Source: an uncultured Bdellovibrionales bacterium
GTDB taxonomy: Bacteria > Patescibacteriota > Minisyncoccia > Moranbacterales > DUUL01
Length of the DNA: 64,000 nucleotides
Reading direction: 5' to 3'
Assembly: GCA_964421125.1 (NCBI GenBank)
Contig: CAYQVD010000005.1
Location: 867 to 64,866 of the forward strand
The notes beneath the pieces were generated by a model, which saw nothing but the letters and a program-made list of their open reading frames with translations, made no database searches and was not told where the DNA came from. The position numbers were made by a program, and so were the translations under genes. Numbering within the stretch: position 1 is the first letter of the stretch; every line of letters begins with the position of its first letter. Shown one piece after another: positions 47,742 to 56,776 of this stretch.

Positions 47742-50276
47742 CTATTTATCATCCTTCAATTCTTCATTTCCTGAATTTTTTAAATCATCAAGACTTTTTG
47801 CACCTCCAAAAGAATTATATCTTTCAAGAATTTCCTGTTCAACAACCTCTTTGCTTCGTCCATACTTATATCTAGAAAGTTCTTTATAAGCCTCTCTTAA
47901 TTCCGCACTACCTTCTGTCGGCTTATAGGTCTTCATATCAAAAGCATTGGATGATTCATTATTAATCAAGAGCTTTGAGAAGCATTGATAGTTATCAACA
48001 TTGATTAGGTCATTCGCATCAAAAACTGGTGCGAATTGTTTTTCTAGAAAATCTGCATCCTCCGGACCAACTCGGAAAGAACAAATTGAACCAACATTTC
48101 CAAAAACCGCCTTAGAAATATCTTCAGAAAGTTGTCCAATAAATTGATGAGCAACTGTCAGACAAAGACGATATTTTCTTGCTTCAGAAAGAATCTGAGA
48201 AATTGAATCAGTAGTAAAATTTTGAAACTCATCAATATAAAGATAGAAATCTTTTCGCTTATCTTCATCCATATCTCCCCGAGAAAGAGCTGCCATCAAA
48301 AGCTTTCCAACAATAATCATTCCAAGTAAATGACTATTAATTTCTCCAAGCTTACCTTTTGAAAGATTCACAAGAAGAATTTTTCCATCATCCATTAATT
48401 CCCTAAAATCAATTGTACTTTTCTGTTGAGAAATAATCGGCCTCATCATGTCATTAGAAATGAAAGTAGCAAGTTTTGAATTAATGTATGGAGCAATATT
48501 TTCAAGCGCAGCATCCCCTCCGGCGTTCTCTGCTTCCTTTTCCCAAAATTCAACTACGGTAAAGTCTTTGCATCTTTTTAATTTCTCTTTCCGAAATTCA
48601 GGATCACGGAAGATTCTTGGAATTTCCAGAAGAGTCGATCCAATCTCAGGGCTATCAAGCACTAACAAAAGAGCGTTTCTCATGTACTGCTCAAACATTG
48701 GACCACCGGTTTGCTTAAGATCATAAAGCTTATCAAAAATCGCAATCAATTCATTGATTACAAAAGTTTTTTGTTCTGGACGACTTTCGTCATATTCAAT
48801 CAAATTAAAGCCAAAAGGTCTTTCTATATCAGAAGGATTAAAATAGATAATATCTTCAGCTCTCTCTTTCGGAATGCATTCCAGGACATGATCAATAAGA
48901 TCACCATGGGGATCAATGATGCACATTCCTTCTTTTTGGGCATCTTGTTTTGCCATTTCCTCAATGAAAGTTGATTTACCAGTTCCAGTTTGTCCAACCA
49001 TATAGAGATGTCTTCTTCGATCATTCTTTCCTATTTTTATTTCCGTTTCAGTTCCACGATAATCACTATAGCCAATTAATAATCCTTCTTTAGGAACACT
49101 GGCTGGCGGAGGAGCAGTTTTTGATTTAAGTAAATTAATCTTTGGTGTCTCAGTTGTCGAAATTGGAAAATGGAAGATACTAGCAATCTCCTCAATACCA
49201 AGATTAATACTTTTTGATAAATTAAAGTTTCTTAAAATATAGTGATAAGCAAGCTTATGAGCATTTCCAGATTTATCCCTAACTGCTATAAATTTATTCA
49301 AATTTGAATCTTCAAACTGAACAAAACAATTCTCAATTTGAGCCAAGATCATCTCTGCTCGCTCCTGTGTTTCAGCAGAAGCTAGAAGTCGAATGTTGAC
49401 ATCAAATTGTGCTTTATTAGCCTTAGCTTCTATTTGTTTAATTACTTCATTTTCCTCTGGAGTAAGATTCACAACCTCATCATCGTCTTTTTTAAATCCC
49501 TCATCTTCTTTTTTCGATAAAGTATTCAACATCTCTTTTCCAATGCCTTTTGCAATGTCCCCTGCAACGCTTGTGTCGGCATTATCAAGTCTTTTCCCTT
49601 GTTGCATTTTTTGCGAAATTTTCTCACCCTTAATTTTCCCCTTCTTATCTCCCTTCCTTAAGACTAATTGAATTGCCGCTCCTTCACTTTCGTTCTCAAG
49701 TTTTGAAAGTGCATTAGCAATACTATGCAAAGGATCAGTTTCGAGTTGCTGATAAGTTCTTACTGGATAAGCACTTTTCTTTTTAAGATTCAAGAAACTC
49801 CCTGCCGTACATGCCCCTGGACTAAAAATTGTGTAATCCTTCACTTGCTCAATATGGGCATCGGGATAAAAACTATGAATTTGTTTTTCAACCAATTCTC
49901 GAATTATTGATGGCATTGAAATATAGAAAGAAATTTGCTCCCCATTTGAAGGAACTGCCATCTCGAAAGTTATTTGTGGTGAACCATAAAGAGTCCGGGC
50001 AATAAAATTACGTCTATTATGAATATCCGAAAGTGTCGTCAATAAATGTTCCATTATTGCAATCTCTTCTTTTTCTAATTGACTCTTCTGTTCCTTGTCT
50101 TGAACCCCATCAGCCTTATGAGACTTAATGACTCGAATAATATCCAAAGACGCATTCAAGGAGTTTGTGAGTTGAATTCTAAAAAGTAATAGCACCTCCA
50201 CCAAAATCCACACTCCACTAAAGAGCATGATAATTCCGCTAATAAAAAATAGTACTAAAAGTATAATCTCTAACAT
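47742..50276 (-). CDS. Membrane-anchored P-loop ATPase of the TraG/VirD4/VirB4/HerA superfamily (type IV secretion/coupling-protein-like)
   Basis: 844 aa with an N-terminal ~30-aa hydrophobic anchor. Walker A HLYMVGQTGTGKST, Walker B YLYIDEFQNF, and a Q-rich CLTVAHQFIGQL motif as in T4SS coupling/VirB4 ATPases. It is the last gene of a four-gene minus-strand unit. Confidence 0.5.
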   Translation of the reverse strand: MLEIILLVLFFISGIIMLFSGVWILVEVLLLFRIQLTNSLNASLDIIRVIKSHKADGVQDKEQKSQLEKEEIAIMEHLLTTLSDIHNRRNFIARTLYGSPQITFEMAVPSNGEQISFYISMPSIIRELVEKQIHSFYPDAHIEQVKDYTIFSPGACTAGSFLNLKKKSAYPVRTYQQLETDPLHSIANALSKLENESEGAAIQLVLRKGDKKGKIKGEKISQKMQQGKRLDNADTSVAGDIAKGIGKEMLNTLSKKEDEGFKKDDDEVVNLTPEENEVIKQIEAKANKAQFDVNIRLLASAETQERAEMILAQIENCFVQFEDSNLNKFIAVRDKSGNAHKLAYHYILRNFNLSKSINLGIEEIASIFHFPISTTETPKINLLKSKTAPPPASVPKEGLLIGYSDYRGTETEIKIGKNDRRRHLYMVGQTGTGKSTFIEEMAKQDAQKEGMCIIDPHGDLIDHVLECIPKERAEDIIYFNPSDIERPFGFNLIEYDESRPEQKTFVINELIAIFDKLYDLKQTGGPMFEQYMRNALLLVLDSPEIGSTLLEIPRIFRDPEFRKEKLKRCKDFTVVEFWEKEAENAGGDAALENIAPYINSKLATFISNDMMRPIISQQKSTIDFRELMDDGKILLVNLSKGKLGEINSHLLGMIIVGKLLMAALSRGDMDEDKRKDFYLYIDEFQNFTTDSISQILSEARKYRLCLTVAHQFIGQLSEDISKAVFGNVGSICSFRVGPEDADFLEKQFAPVFDANDLINVDNYQCFSKLLINNESSNAFDMKTYKPTEGSAELREAYKELSRYKYGRSKEVVEQEILERYNSFGGAKSLDDLKNSGNEELKDDK

Positions 50277-50434
50277 TTTTATTTATTTTTATTTTCTATT
50301 ACTATTAAACTAGAAATTAAATGTTTGAGTGCAGTTCGAGGCAAAAATGAGCATTTGAGTAAAGCTGTATCAAATATACAGCGAACGAAAAGCGCAGTTT
50401 TTAACAAAGAAATGTGCCAAACATAAAATTTCTA

Positions 50435-50896
50435 CTAAAATTCCTTTAGTAATCCTTTTTCAATCAATGCTTTTCGGGTTTCATCTTCAACTAACTTATC
50501 ATGCACTTGATCAAGAACATAATTCTCATCCAAATGTCTCGCAACCTTAATTGCAGTATAAGGATCTTTTTGAATAGCTAATTTTACAAGCTTATCTATT
50601 TGCTGTTCAATGTCTTTTGTCTCAGCAATATCCTTTGCATGATTTTTAATTTCTCTATAATCATCGTCAGAAGAATCATCATCGTCGTCATTTCCTGATC
50701 CGCCTTTCTGTTGAATAGCTTCCATGACCTCCTTTTTCTTTTCTTGATCATTTTCTGATGAAGAAATCTTCTCTAGGCTATCTTCTTTTTTTAAACCTTC
50801 TTTATCTTTGTCCACTCCTAATTCAGAAACAGACTCAATGCCTCCCAATTCACTCCCTTCCAGTTTTTTCTCAATTGTCTTATCTTGATCTGCCAT
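50435..50896 (-). CDS. Hypothetical acidic protein
   Basis: 153 aa with a DDDDDSSDDD tract and a C-terminal helical domain. Its start codon at 50894-50896 lies immediately upstream of the adjacent ORF's stop at 50898-50900, so the two are tightly linked. Confidence 0.4.
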   Translation of the reverse strand: MADQDKTIEKKLEGSELGGIESVSELGVDKDKEGLKKEDSLEKISSSENDQEKKKEVMEAIQQKGGSGNDDDDDSSDDDYREIKNHAKDIAETKDIEQQIDKLVKLAIQKDPYTAIKVARHLDENYVLDQVHDKLVEDETRKALIEKGLLKEF

Positions 50897-50897
50897 A

Positions 50898-51239
50898 TTA
50901 TTTTTTTTCTAAGTTATTATTTTCATCCTCCTCATCTTCCTCATCTAACTGAGTTAATTCCTCCGCCTGCTCAAGCATAATTTTATCAAGCTCATCACCA
51001 GACTCTTTTTCAAGTTGATCTATCTCTTTAAATCCTTTTTCAATATCTTTCACTGATTCATTAAATTCAGATTCAACCTCCTCTGCTTTTCCCAATAACT
51101 CAGATCCAGTTTCTTTTATTTCACTATTTATTTTTTTTACTTTTTCAGTTAAAATCTCAATTTGTTCATCTATTTCATTCTCATTGATATTTTCATCAAT
51201 TTCTTTTTCTTCGTTATTGTCATTTGAATTTTGATTCAT
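50898..51239 (-). CDS. Hypothetical highly acidic coiled-coil protein
   Basis: 113 aa, more than 35% Glu/Asp, with a heptad-like pattern. Confidence 0.4.
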   Translation of the reverse strand: MNQNSNDNNEEKEIDENINENEIDEQIEILTEKVKKINSEIKETGSELLGKAEEVESEFNESVKDIEKGFKEIDQLEKESGDELDKIMLEQAEELTQLDEEDEEDENNNLEKK

Positions 51240-51258
51240 ATATTTTTAAGTTTATTAA

Positions 51259-54200
51259 TTATCTCTTCCAAGATTTCAATTTTCCTCTGAAATCTAATCC
51301 TTTTTTCTTATAATAATCCTCAAGATTTTTCATAAAAGACTTTCTGGTCATACCTGTATCACTTTTCAACTTAGTTATCTTTAAAAATTCCCTTGAGTTA
51401 ACAATAAATTCCCGTCCTATATCTTTGCCCTCGCTAGAATCTTTGGCAATTTTTTTATTAATCGTCTCTATGAACTGAGATACTGAAGCTGTATCTTTTC
51501 TTTCGGCTGAATTTTCAACTGAATTAGCTTCAGGACTCACATGACTTTGCATATTCTCCCTAGTCTTAAAATCACTCTTTCGTTCTTTTCTTCCAGTATC
51601 AACCCTCAAAGGACGATCCTCCTTGATGCTAATAAATTCATCCCTCTTATCTCGATAAGGATTTGCCTTTTTATTGACTCTTTTGATTTCCTTATCTACC
51701 TCCTTTAGTTTTTTATCAATCACTAATTGATTCTTTTCCATTTCCTTGAGACTATCTTTTATCATTTTATCTATACCTTTTATTGAACTCTCTTTTCTTA
51801 TTTTTCTATCAGAATCACCTGTAAGCCTCATAGCTTCTATGATGCTCTTTTTTGTTAACTCCAATTCTTCAATTTCCTTCTTTTTTTCATCATGCTTAGA
51901 CTTCAAGTCTTTCTCAATTGATTCAATTTCTTCTCTGCGTGACTTTAGTCCAGCCAACTCGTTCTCAATTGGATTGAGCTTTATTTCATAGCCATTAATT
52001 AATTTATCAGCAACTGCATCTCTTCTGTTAGAATGTTTAGCAATTATATTATCCCGATATTCAATTTTAGTTTGAATTTTATTTTTTTCATTATCCAACT
52101 TAGCATTCCTCTTGTCATAATCTTTTATTTTCAACATTAAAGATTCTCCGCCAGGAGCCCCTAATTGTTTTAATTTTTCAATAGTCCTTTTCATTTCTTC
52201 CTTAACTTTTTCATTAACAGCTTTCTTTCTATCAAAATTATCAGATTCTTTCTTAAGTTTGGCAAGTTCTTTTTCATTGTCTCTCATCCAAACCTGATTC
52301 CAACCAGCTCGAAATTTGCCAACAATCCTTCCTGCATCAGGAAATTTGCTTTTAACAAAATCCCAAGAATCACCAACGAGATCCTTAGCCTTGTCAGACA
52401 TCCTTTCCCAAATTCCTCTATTCTCCATACTTAACATTTCAAAACTCAATTTTGGCTCTTCTTTTTCTAGTTCAGAATAATCAATAAGAACCTCTGAACT
52501 AGATTCCCCTTCCTCTATTTTATTTTCCCCTTTTTCTTCTTCTAAGTCTGATAATTCAACTAGATCATCAATTCCCTCTTGATTTAAATTTTGTGAATCA
52601 ACAGTGTCATTGTTCTCATTTTCTATTTTTTCTACATCTGATATTAAATCTTCGCCTCTGTTCGGATCGTCCATTTTTAATTGATTCTTTTTTCGATTTT
52701 TTTCAAATTCATCATCTTTTAAGTTGCCCACTGCAACTCCACCCATATCTCTTCCTTGATTTTGGATTTGAGATTGACTTACTTTATCAGTAGCATTATC
52801 ATTATCATCTTCCTCAATTCCATCTTCATCTTGATCATTAAACATCTTTTGATGTCGTTTTTCCACATCCTCAAAACTATTAATATTAATTTTTTCCATT
52901 ATATTTTTTAAAGTATTATTATTTGAATTAAATTTAAAATTTTTAATTGTTTTTTCAAATTTTGAAAGAGATATTGATTCTTTCGTGACCTCAGGATTTT
53001 TGAACTTAATAATTTTATCTCCTCTTTCTTCTTGAGTTCGAGTTACCTCAACAATAACATGCCCTTCTCCTTCAGAAAGATAATCAATAACTTTTATTTT
53101 TTTGTTACTTTTTTTATCAACAAAAACAAGTTCTTTTTCGTCATCTACAAATTTATACCATTCAAAAAATTCTTTTATATTTTCAGGCATCTTAAAAAAC
53201 TTTTTTTCATCTTCAATTTCAAGTGCTGGTTCATATAGTTTTTCAAAATCACGAAACGACACTCTTCTGCCACTATTTTTTTTGCCATTCTTTTTTTCAA
53301 GAAAAACAGCTCCTTCACCTAAATCAAAATATTTAACCAATTCCATAACAATTTTTGATCCTTTCTTAACAAATCTATCACCATAATTATATTTTTCTTC
53401 AAATTCTTCTTGATCAGGCACATTAAGACCTTCTTGTTCTTTTTTCTTTCCATCTTGCACTTTTTCTTCTTGCTTATCTTCTTTTTTCTTAGAAGAAAAC
53501 CTCACTTCTTTCCCTGAATTTACTTTCACAAAACCATCATATTGATAATTTTTCATAAGGTCCTCAAATTCTGAATAATCCAACCACTTATACTTCAATT
53601 CATCAAATTTAACTTTTCCTAAATTATGTTGTTTATTGCCGTCATCTCCCATTTTCAAATCAAAACCTGGAGAAGTTGCAATTCTCACCCGACCATTTTT
53701 TTCATTATACTTCTCAATCAATACCACTTCTCCATTTTGATGAGACAAAAATTCTGGTTTTCGATTCTTGAATATTTTATATTTTTCACTGAATTCCTTG
53801 AAAGTTGGCCATTTCGTATTATTTTCTTTTTCAGTTTTATTTTTAATAATTTCCTCTCCTGGATTTTTGTTAACATTTTTTTCTTTTATGCCAAAATAAG
53901 AAGAAGATATTTTTATTTCATTTTTACTTTTAATTAGAATTTCTCTGAGAACTTTAGGAATTGTTTCTTGCTTATCAATCAATTTCCAAAGTTCTTCTTG
54001 GTATTTTGTTTCACTCCAATCTTCTTGAGTGGCTATTGCATTCCCAAGTTTTTCAGATTCTCTTTTAATAACTTCTTCGGCTTTTTTATATCTTTTAGAA
54101 TATTCTTTAAGAATCTCCTTATTAAAAACAAGATTAGCAATATCATCTGGGCTTAAAGCAAACTCTTCTTTATCTTCTAATTTTTGCTCATCTTGTTTTA

Positions 54201-54327
54201 ATGTTTTTTTCTGTTCTTTTTTTTCACTGCCATTTTTGCCATTTTCAACAACCTTTTCTATATCAGAAAGATTATTCCTTAAAACTTCACTTAAATTTCC
54301 TCTTTTTGGCTCTTTTTGTTCTCCCAT
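51259..54327 (-). CDS. Giant Lys/Glu-rich low-complexity protein with internal repeated small beta-like modules and a long C-terminal coiled coil
   Basis: 1022 aa with no TM or signal peptide. Repeated blocks (GEVVLIEKYNEKNGRVRI.., GSKIVMELVKYFDLGEGAVFLEK.., GHVIVEVTRTQEERGDKIIKF..) and a coiled coil over roughly residues 650-900. It is the first gene of the unit that ends with the T4SS-like ATPase. Confidence 0.5.
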   Translation of the reverse strand: MGEQKEPKRGNLSEVLRNNLSDIEKVVENGKNGSEKKEQKKTLKQDEQKLEDKEEFALSPDDIANLVFNKEILKEYSKRYKKAEEVIKRESEKLGNAIATQEDWSETKYQEELWKLIDKQETIPKVLREILIKSKNEIKISSSYFGIKEKNVNKNPGEEIIKNKTEKENNTKWPTFKEFSEKYKIFKNRKPEFLSHQNGEVVLIEKYNEKNGRVRIATSPGFDLKMGDDGNKQHNLGKVKFDELKYKWLDYSEFEDLMKNYQYDGFVKVNSGKEVRFSSKKKEDKQEEKVQDGKKKEQEGLNVPDQEEFEEKYNYGDRFVKKGSKIVMELVKYFDLGEGAVFLEKKNGKKNSGRRVSFRDFEKLYEPALEIEDEKKFFKMPENIKEFFEWYKFVDDEKELVFVDKKSNKKIKVIDYLSEGEGHVIVEVTRTQEERGDKIIKFKNPEVTKESISLSKFEKTIKNFKFNSNNNTLKNIMEKININSFEDVEKRHQKMFNDQDEDGIEEDDNDNATDKVSQSQIQNQGRDMGGVAVGNLKDDEFEKNRKKNQLKMDDPNRGEDLISDVEKIENENNDTVDSQNLNQEGIDDLVELSDLEEEKGENKIEEGESSSEVLIDYSELEKEEPKLSFEMLSMENRGIWERMSDKAKDLVGDSWDFVKSKFPDAGRIVGKFRAGWNQVWMRDNEKELAKLKKESDNFDRKKAVNEKVKEEMKRTIEKLKQLGAPGGESLMLKIKDYDKRNAKLDNEKNKIQTKIEYRDNIIAKHSNRRDAVADKLINGYEIKLNPIENELAGLKSRREEIESIEKDLKSKHDEKKKEIEELELTKKSIIEAMRLTGDSDRKIRKESSIKGIDKMIKDSLKEMEKNQLVIDKKLKEVDKEIKRVNKKANPYRDKRDEFISIKEDRPLRVDTGRKERKSDFKTRENMQSHVSPEANSVENSAERKDTASVSQFIETINKKIAKDSSEGKDIGREFIVNSREFLKITKLKSDTGMTRKSFMKNLEDYYKKKGLDFRGKLKSWKR

Positions 54328-54580
54328 TTTATTTTCTTTTAAAAAAGTTTTTGTATTTTAATATTATACCACATCTTCATTTTACCAACAAATTTTTGTT
54401 TTACATAAATCAATAAAAATATTATAATAATAACACTATGAAGATTGAGAAATGATTATTTTTGAACATGGGAAAACTCACCTACAAAAATACAAAAGAT
54501 TGAAGTTTTACTTAGTGAAAAAATAATTATTTCTTAATCTCGAAAATACCAGAAAGGTAAAATAATATATAAAACAAAAA

Positions 54581-56224
54581 ATGAAAAAGGTAATCAATTT
54601 TATAAAAGAAGAATGGATTTTTATTATTATTCTCTTGGCAGTTTTTACTGCGGGTGGACTCCTACGATTTTGGCAATTAGACACGATTCCTCCAGGATTA
54701 CAATATGATGAAGCCTATAATGGCACCGATGCCATCAAAGCCCTAGAAAATGGAAAGTTTGAAATATTTTATCCTGATAATAATGGACGGGAAGGACTCT
54801 ACATCAATGTTATTGCTGTATTTTTCAATACTTTTGGTATTAATATGGTAGTCCTTCGAGCTGTTAGTGCTGTATTTGGACTCTTTGCTCTTTTTGGATT
54901 TGCACTGCTCGTTAAAGAACTAAAACTTTCACGCCTTTCAATGCTCCTAGGAATTTTCATGATGTCTTTCTCATTTTGGGCAATTAATTTTTCAAGAACT
55001 GCTTATCGAGGAATTATGGTTCCATTCTTGATTGTTTGGATATTTTATTTTTTCTATCTTGGCCTTCGGAGAAAAAATGGCTGGTTCATTGCTCTCTCTG
55101 GTCTTCTAACCGGAATTGGATTTCATACCTATATCTCATTTCGAGTTGTGCCATTGATTTTTTTTATTGTAGTTTTAGGAGGAATTATTTTTGAAAAAGG
55201 ATACATTAAAACCTACTGGAAAAAAGCTTTGATTTTCATCTTCGCTACAGTTATCACTCTTGCGCCAATTTTAATCTATTTCTATCAGCATCAAAGTGAT
55301 CTCATTGGTCGAAGCAATGCTGTTTCAGTTTTCAATTCTCCCGACATGAGCCTTCCAACAGCTCTTGGTAAAAGCCTTGCTTATCACGTTGGAGCATTTT
55401 TTATCCACGGAGACCCAAATCAAAGACATAACCACGGTGCACTTCCCTTACTTCCTGCCACTTGGTCAATTCTCTTTGGACTAGGATTAGTAATCAGTAT
55501 TAAAGAAATAATCGTAAATATTATCCAGCGAATAAAGAAAAAGAAGAAGTATAAACCAAGCCGACTACTTCAAGTTTCAATTTTCGCTCAAGCCTGTTTT
55601 TGGACAATGCTAATACCAGGAGTTTTGAGTATCGAAGGAATTCCACACGCTCTTCGAATTATTGGTGCAATTCCAGCCGTCTTCCTGATCGCTGTTTTGC
55701 CATTTGAATATGCAATAAATCTATATGAAAAAATCAGGAAATCAAAAAATTTGAAATTAAAACCTTGGCGATGGAATGTTTTACGAGGATCTTTGATTGG
55801 ATTAGTTATTTTAGTTTTAATAAGCGGAGGATTACAAGCCTATTTATATTTCGGAGTTTGGGCAAAAGATAATAAAACATTTGATTCCTTTGAAAGGAAA
55901 CTTTATGACCTAGGACTCGCAATTAAACAACAAGAACCAAAGGAAAATAACTTCATTATTGTTCCAGACCCAATCTATATTAGTGAGAACAAAAGAGATT
56001 CAAGTTATAAAACATCGGAACTTGTCGCCTATCCAGAATACAAGAGTTTTTTCTTTTGGCACCCGCTAGATGCGATCAGACATTCAACTTGTGAAAACGC
56101 TCTCTATGTTTTTGCTGAATCAGATGAATGGCTAATTGAAAGTTTCAAGATAAAATGTCCTGAACTTGAAGCACAGAAAGTAAAACCAGAAGGCGGTATT
56201 TATAATTTTTGGATACTTAGATAA
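54581..56224 (+). CDS. GT-C glycosyltransferase of the ArnT/PMT (GT39/GT83) type
   Basis: 547 aa polytopic protein. A DExY-type motif LQYDEAYNG sits in the first extracytoplasmic loop. Confidence 0.6.
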   Translation: MKKVINFIKEEWIFIIILLAVFTAGGLLRFWQLDTIPPGLQYDEAYNGTDAIKALENGKFEIFYPDNNGREGLYINVIAVFFNTFGINMVVLRAVSAVFGLFALFGFALLVKELKLSRLSMLLGIFMMSFSFWAINFSRTAYRGIMVPFLIVWIFYFFYLGLRRKNGWFIALSGLLTGIGFHTYISFRVVPLIFFIVVLGGIIFEKGYIKTYWKKALIFIFATVITLAPILIYFYQHQSDLIGRSNAVSVFNSPDMSLPTALGKSLAYHVGAFFIHGDPNQRHNHGALPLLPATWSILFGLGLVISIKEIIVNIIQRIKKKKKYKPSRLLQVSIFAQACFWTMLIPGVLSIEGIPHALRIIGAIPAVFLIAVLPFEYAINLYEKIRKSKNLKLKPWRWNVLRGSLIGLVILVLISGGLQAYLYFGVWAKDNKTFDSFERKLYDLGLAIKQQEPKENNFIIVPDPIYISENKRDSSYKTSELVAYPEYKSFFFWHPLDAIRHSTCENALYVFAESDEWLIESFKIKCPELEAQKVKPEGGIYNFWILR

Positions 56225-56246
56225 AATTGATTAAATAACAAATTTA

Positions 56247-56689
56247 AAATTACAAATTCCAAATAAATTACAATGACTAAAAATCAAAATTCAAAACAAT
56301 ATGATTTGGAAGATAGAACCTTGGAGTACGGAAAAAGGATAATTAGAATGTCGAAGGAATTACCTAAAAATACAGTAAATTTTAAATTAATTGATCAAGT
56401 CGTTCGTTCTGGCACCTCAATGGGAGCAAACTATAGAGAGGCTAATGAAACAGAAACGAAAAAAGATTTTCGTTATCGCATAAGAATTTGTAGAAAAGAA
56501 GGCAAGGAGACTATTTATTGGTTAAATTTAATAATAGAAGCTAATCCTGAATTTGAAGACAGAATTAAAAATTTATTGCAAGAAACTACAGAGTTAGTAA
56601 AAATATTTGCTACAATTCTAGTAAAGTGCAAGTAGGTGTTTTGAAAATTAGAATTTAATATTTTTAATTTATTTGGAATTTGTAATTTT
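56247..56689 (+). mobile_element. IVS-like cassette: a four-helix-bundle gene bounded by perfect 24-bp inverted repeats
   Basis: IR-L AAAATTACAAATTCCAAATAAATT (56247-56269) equals the reverse complement of IR-R AATTTATTTGGAATTTGTAATTTT (56666-56689). A 14-bp tandem duplication GAATTTGTAATTTT follows IR-R. This is the same architecture as 23S rRNA intervening sequences, but here it lies between protein-coding genes. Confidence 0.6.
56273..56635 (+). CDS. Four-helix-bundle protein (PF05635 / 23S rRNA intervening-sequence protein; DGR Avd family)
   Basis: 120 aa. LIDQVVRSGTSMGANYREANETETKKDFRYRIRICRKEGKETIYWLNLI matches the family core (LxDQLxRAxxSIxxNIAEG...DF...IAxxSxxEx). Confidence 0.75.
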   Translation: MTKNQNSKQYDLEDRTLEYGKRIIRMSKELPKNTVNFKLIDQVVRSGTSMGANYREANETETKKDFRYRIRICRKEGKETIYWLNLIIEANPEFEDRIKNLLQETTELVKIFATILVKCK

Positions 56690-56715
56690 GAATTTGTAAT
56701 TTTTTATTAAGTTAT

Positions 56716-56756
56716 ATAAAAAGTGTTACTTAACTTGTTAAGTAACACTTTTTTGT
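56716..56756. terminator. Bidirectional terminator: perfect 12-13 bp hairpin AGTGTTACTTAAC/GTTAAGTAACACT flanked by A- and T-runs
   Basis: AAAAAGTGTTACTTAACTTGTTAAGTAACACTTTTTTG lies between the convergent four-helix-bundle gene and the GT-C gene. Confidence 0.7.
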
Positions 56757-56776
56757 TGAATCCAGGTGAAAAATCT

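Noticed and set aside
56247-56689. Diversity-generating retroelement (because of the Avd-family protein)
   Set aside because: No reverse transcriptase ORF and no template/variable repeat pair with adenine-specific differences are visible within the window. The IR-bounded architecture fits an IVS-like cassette better.
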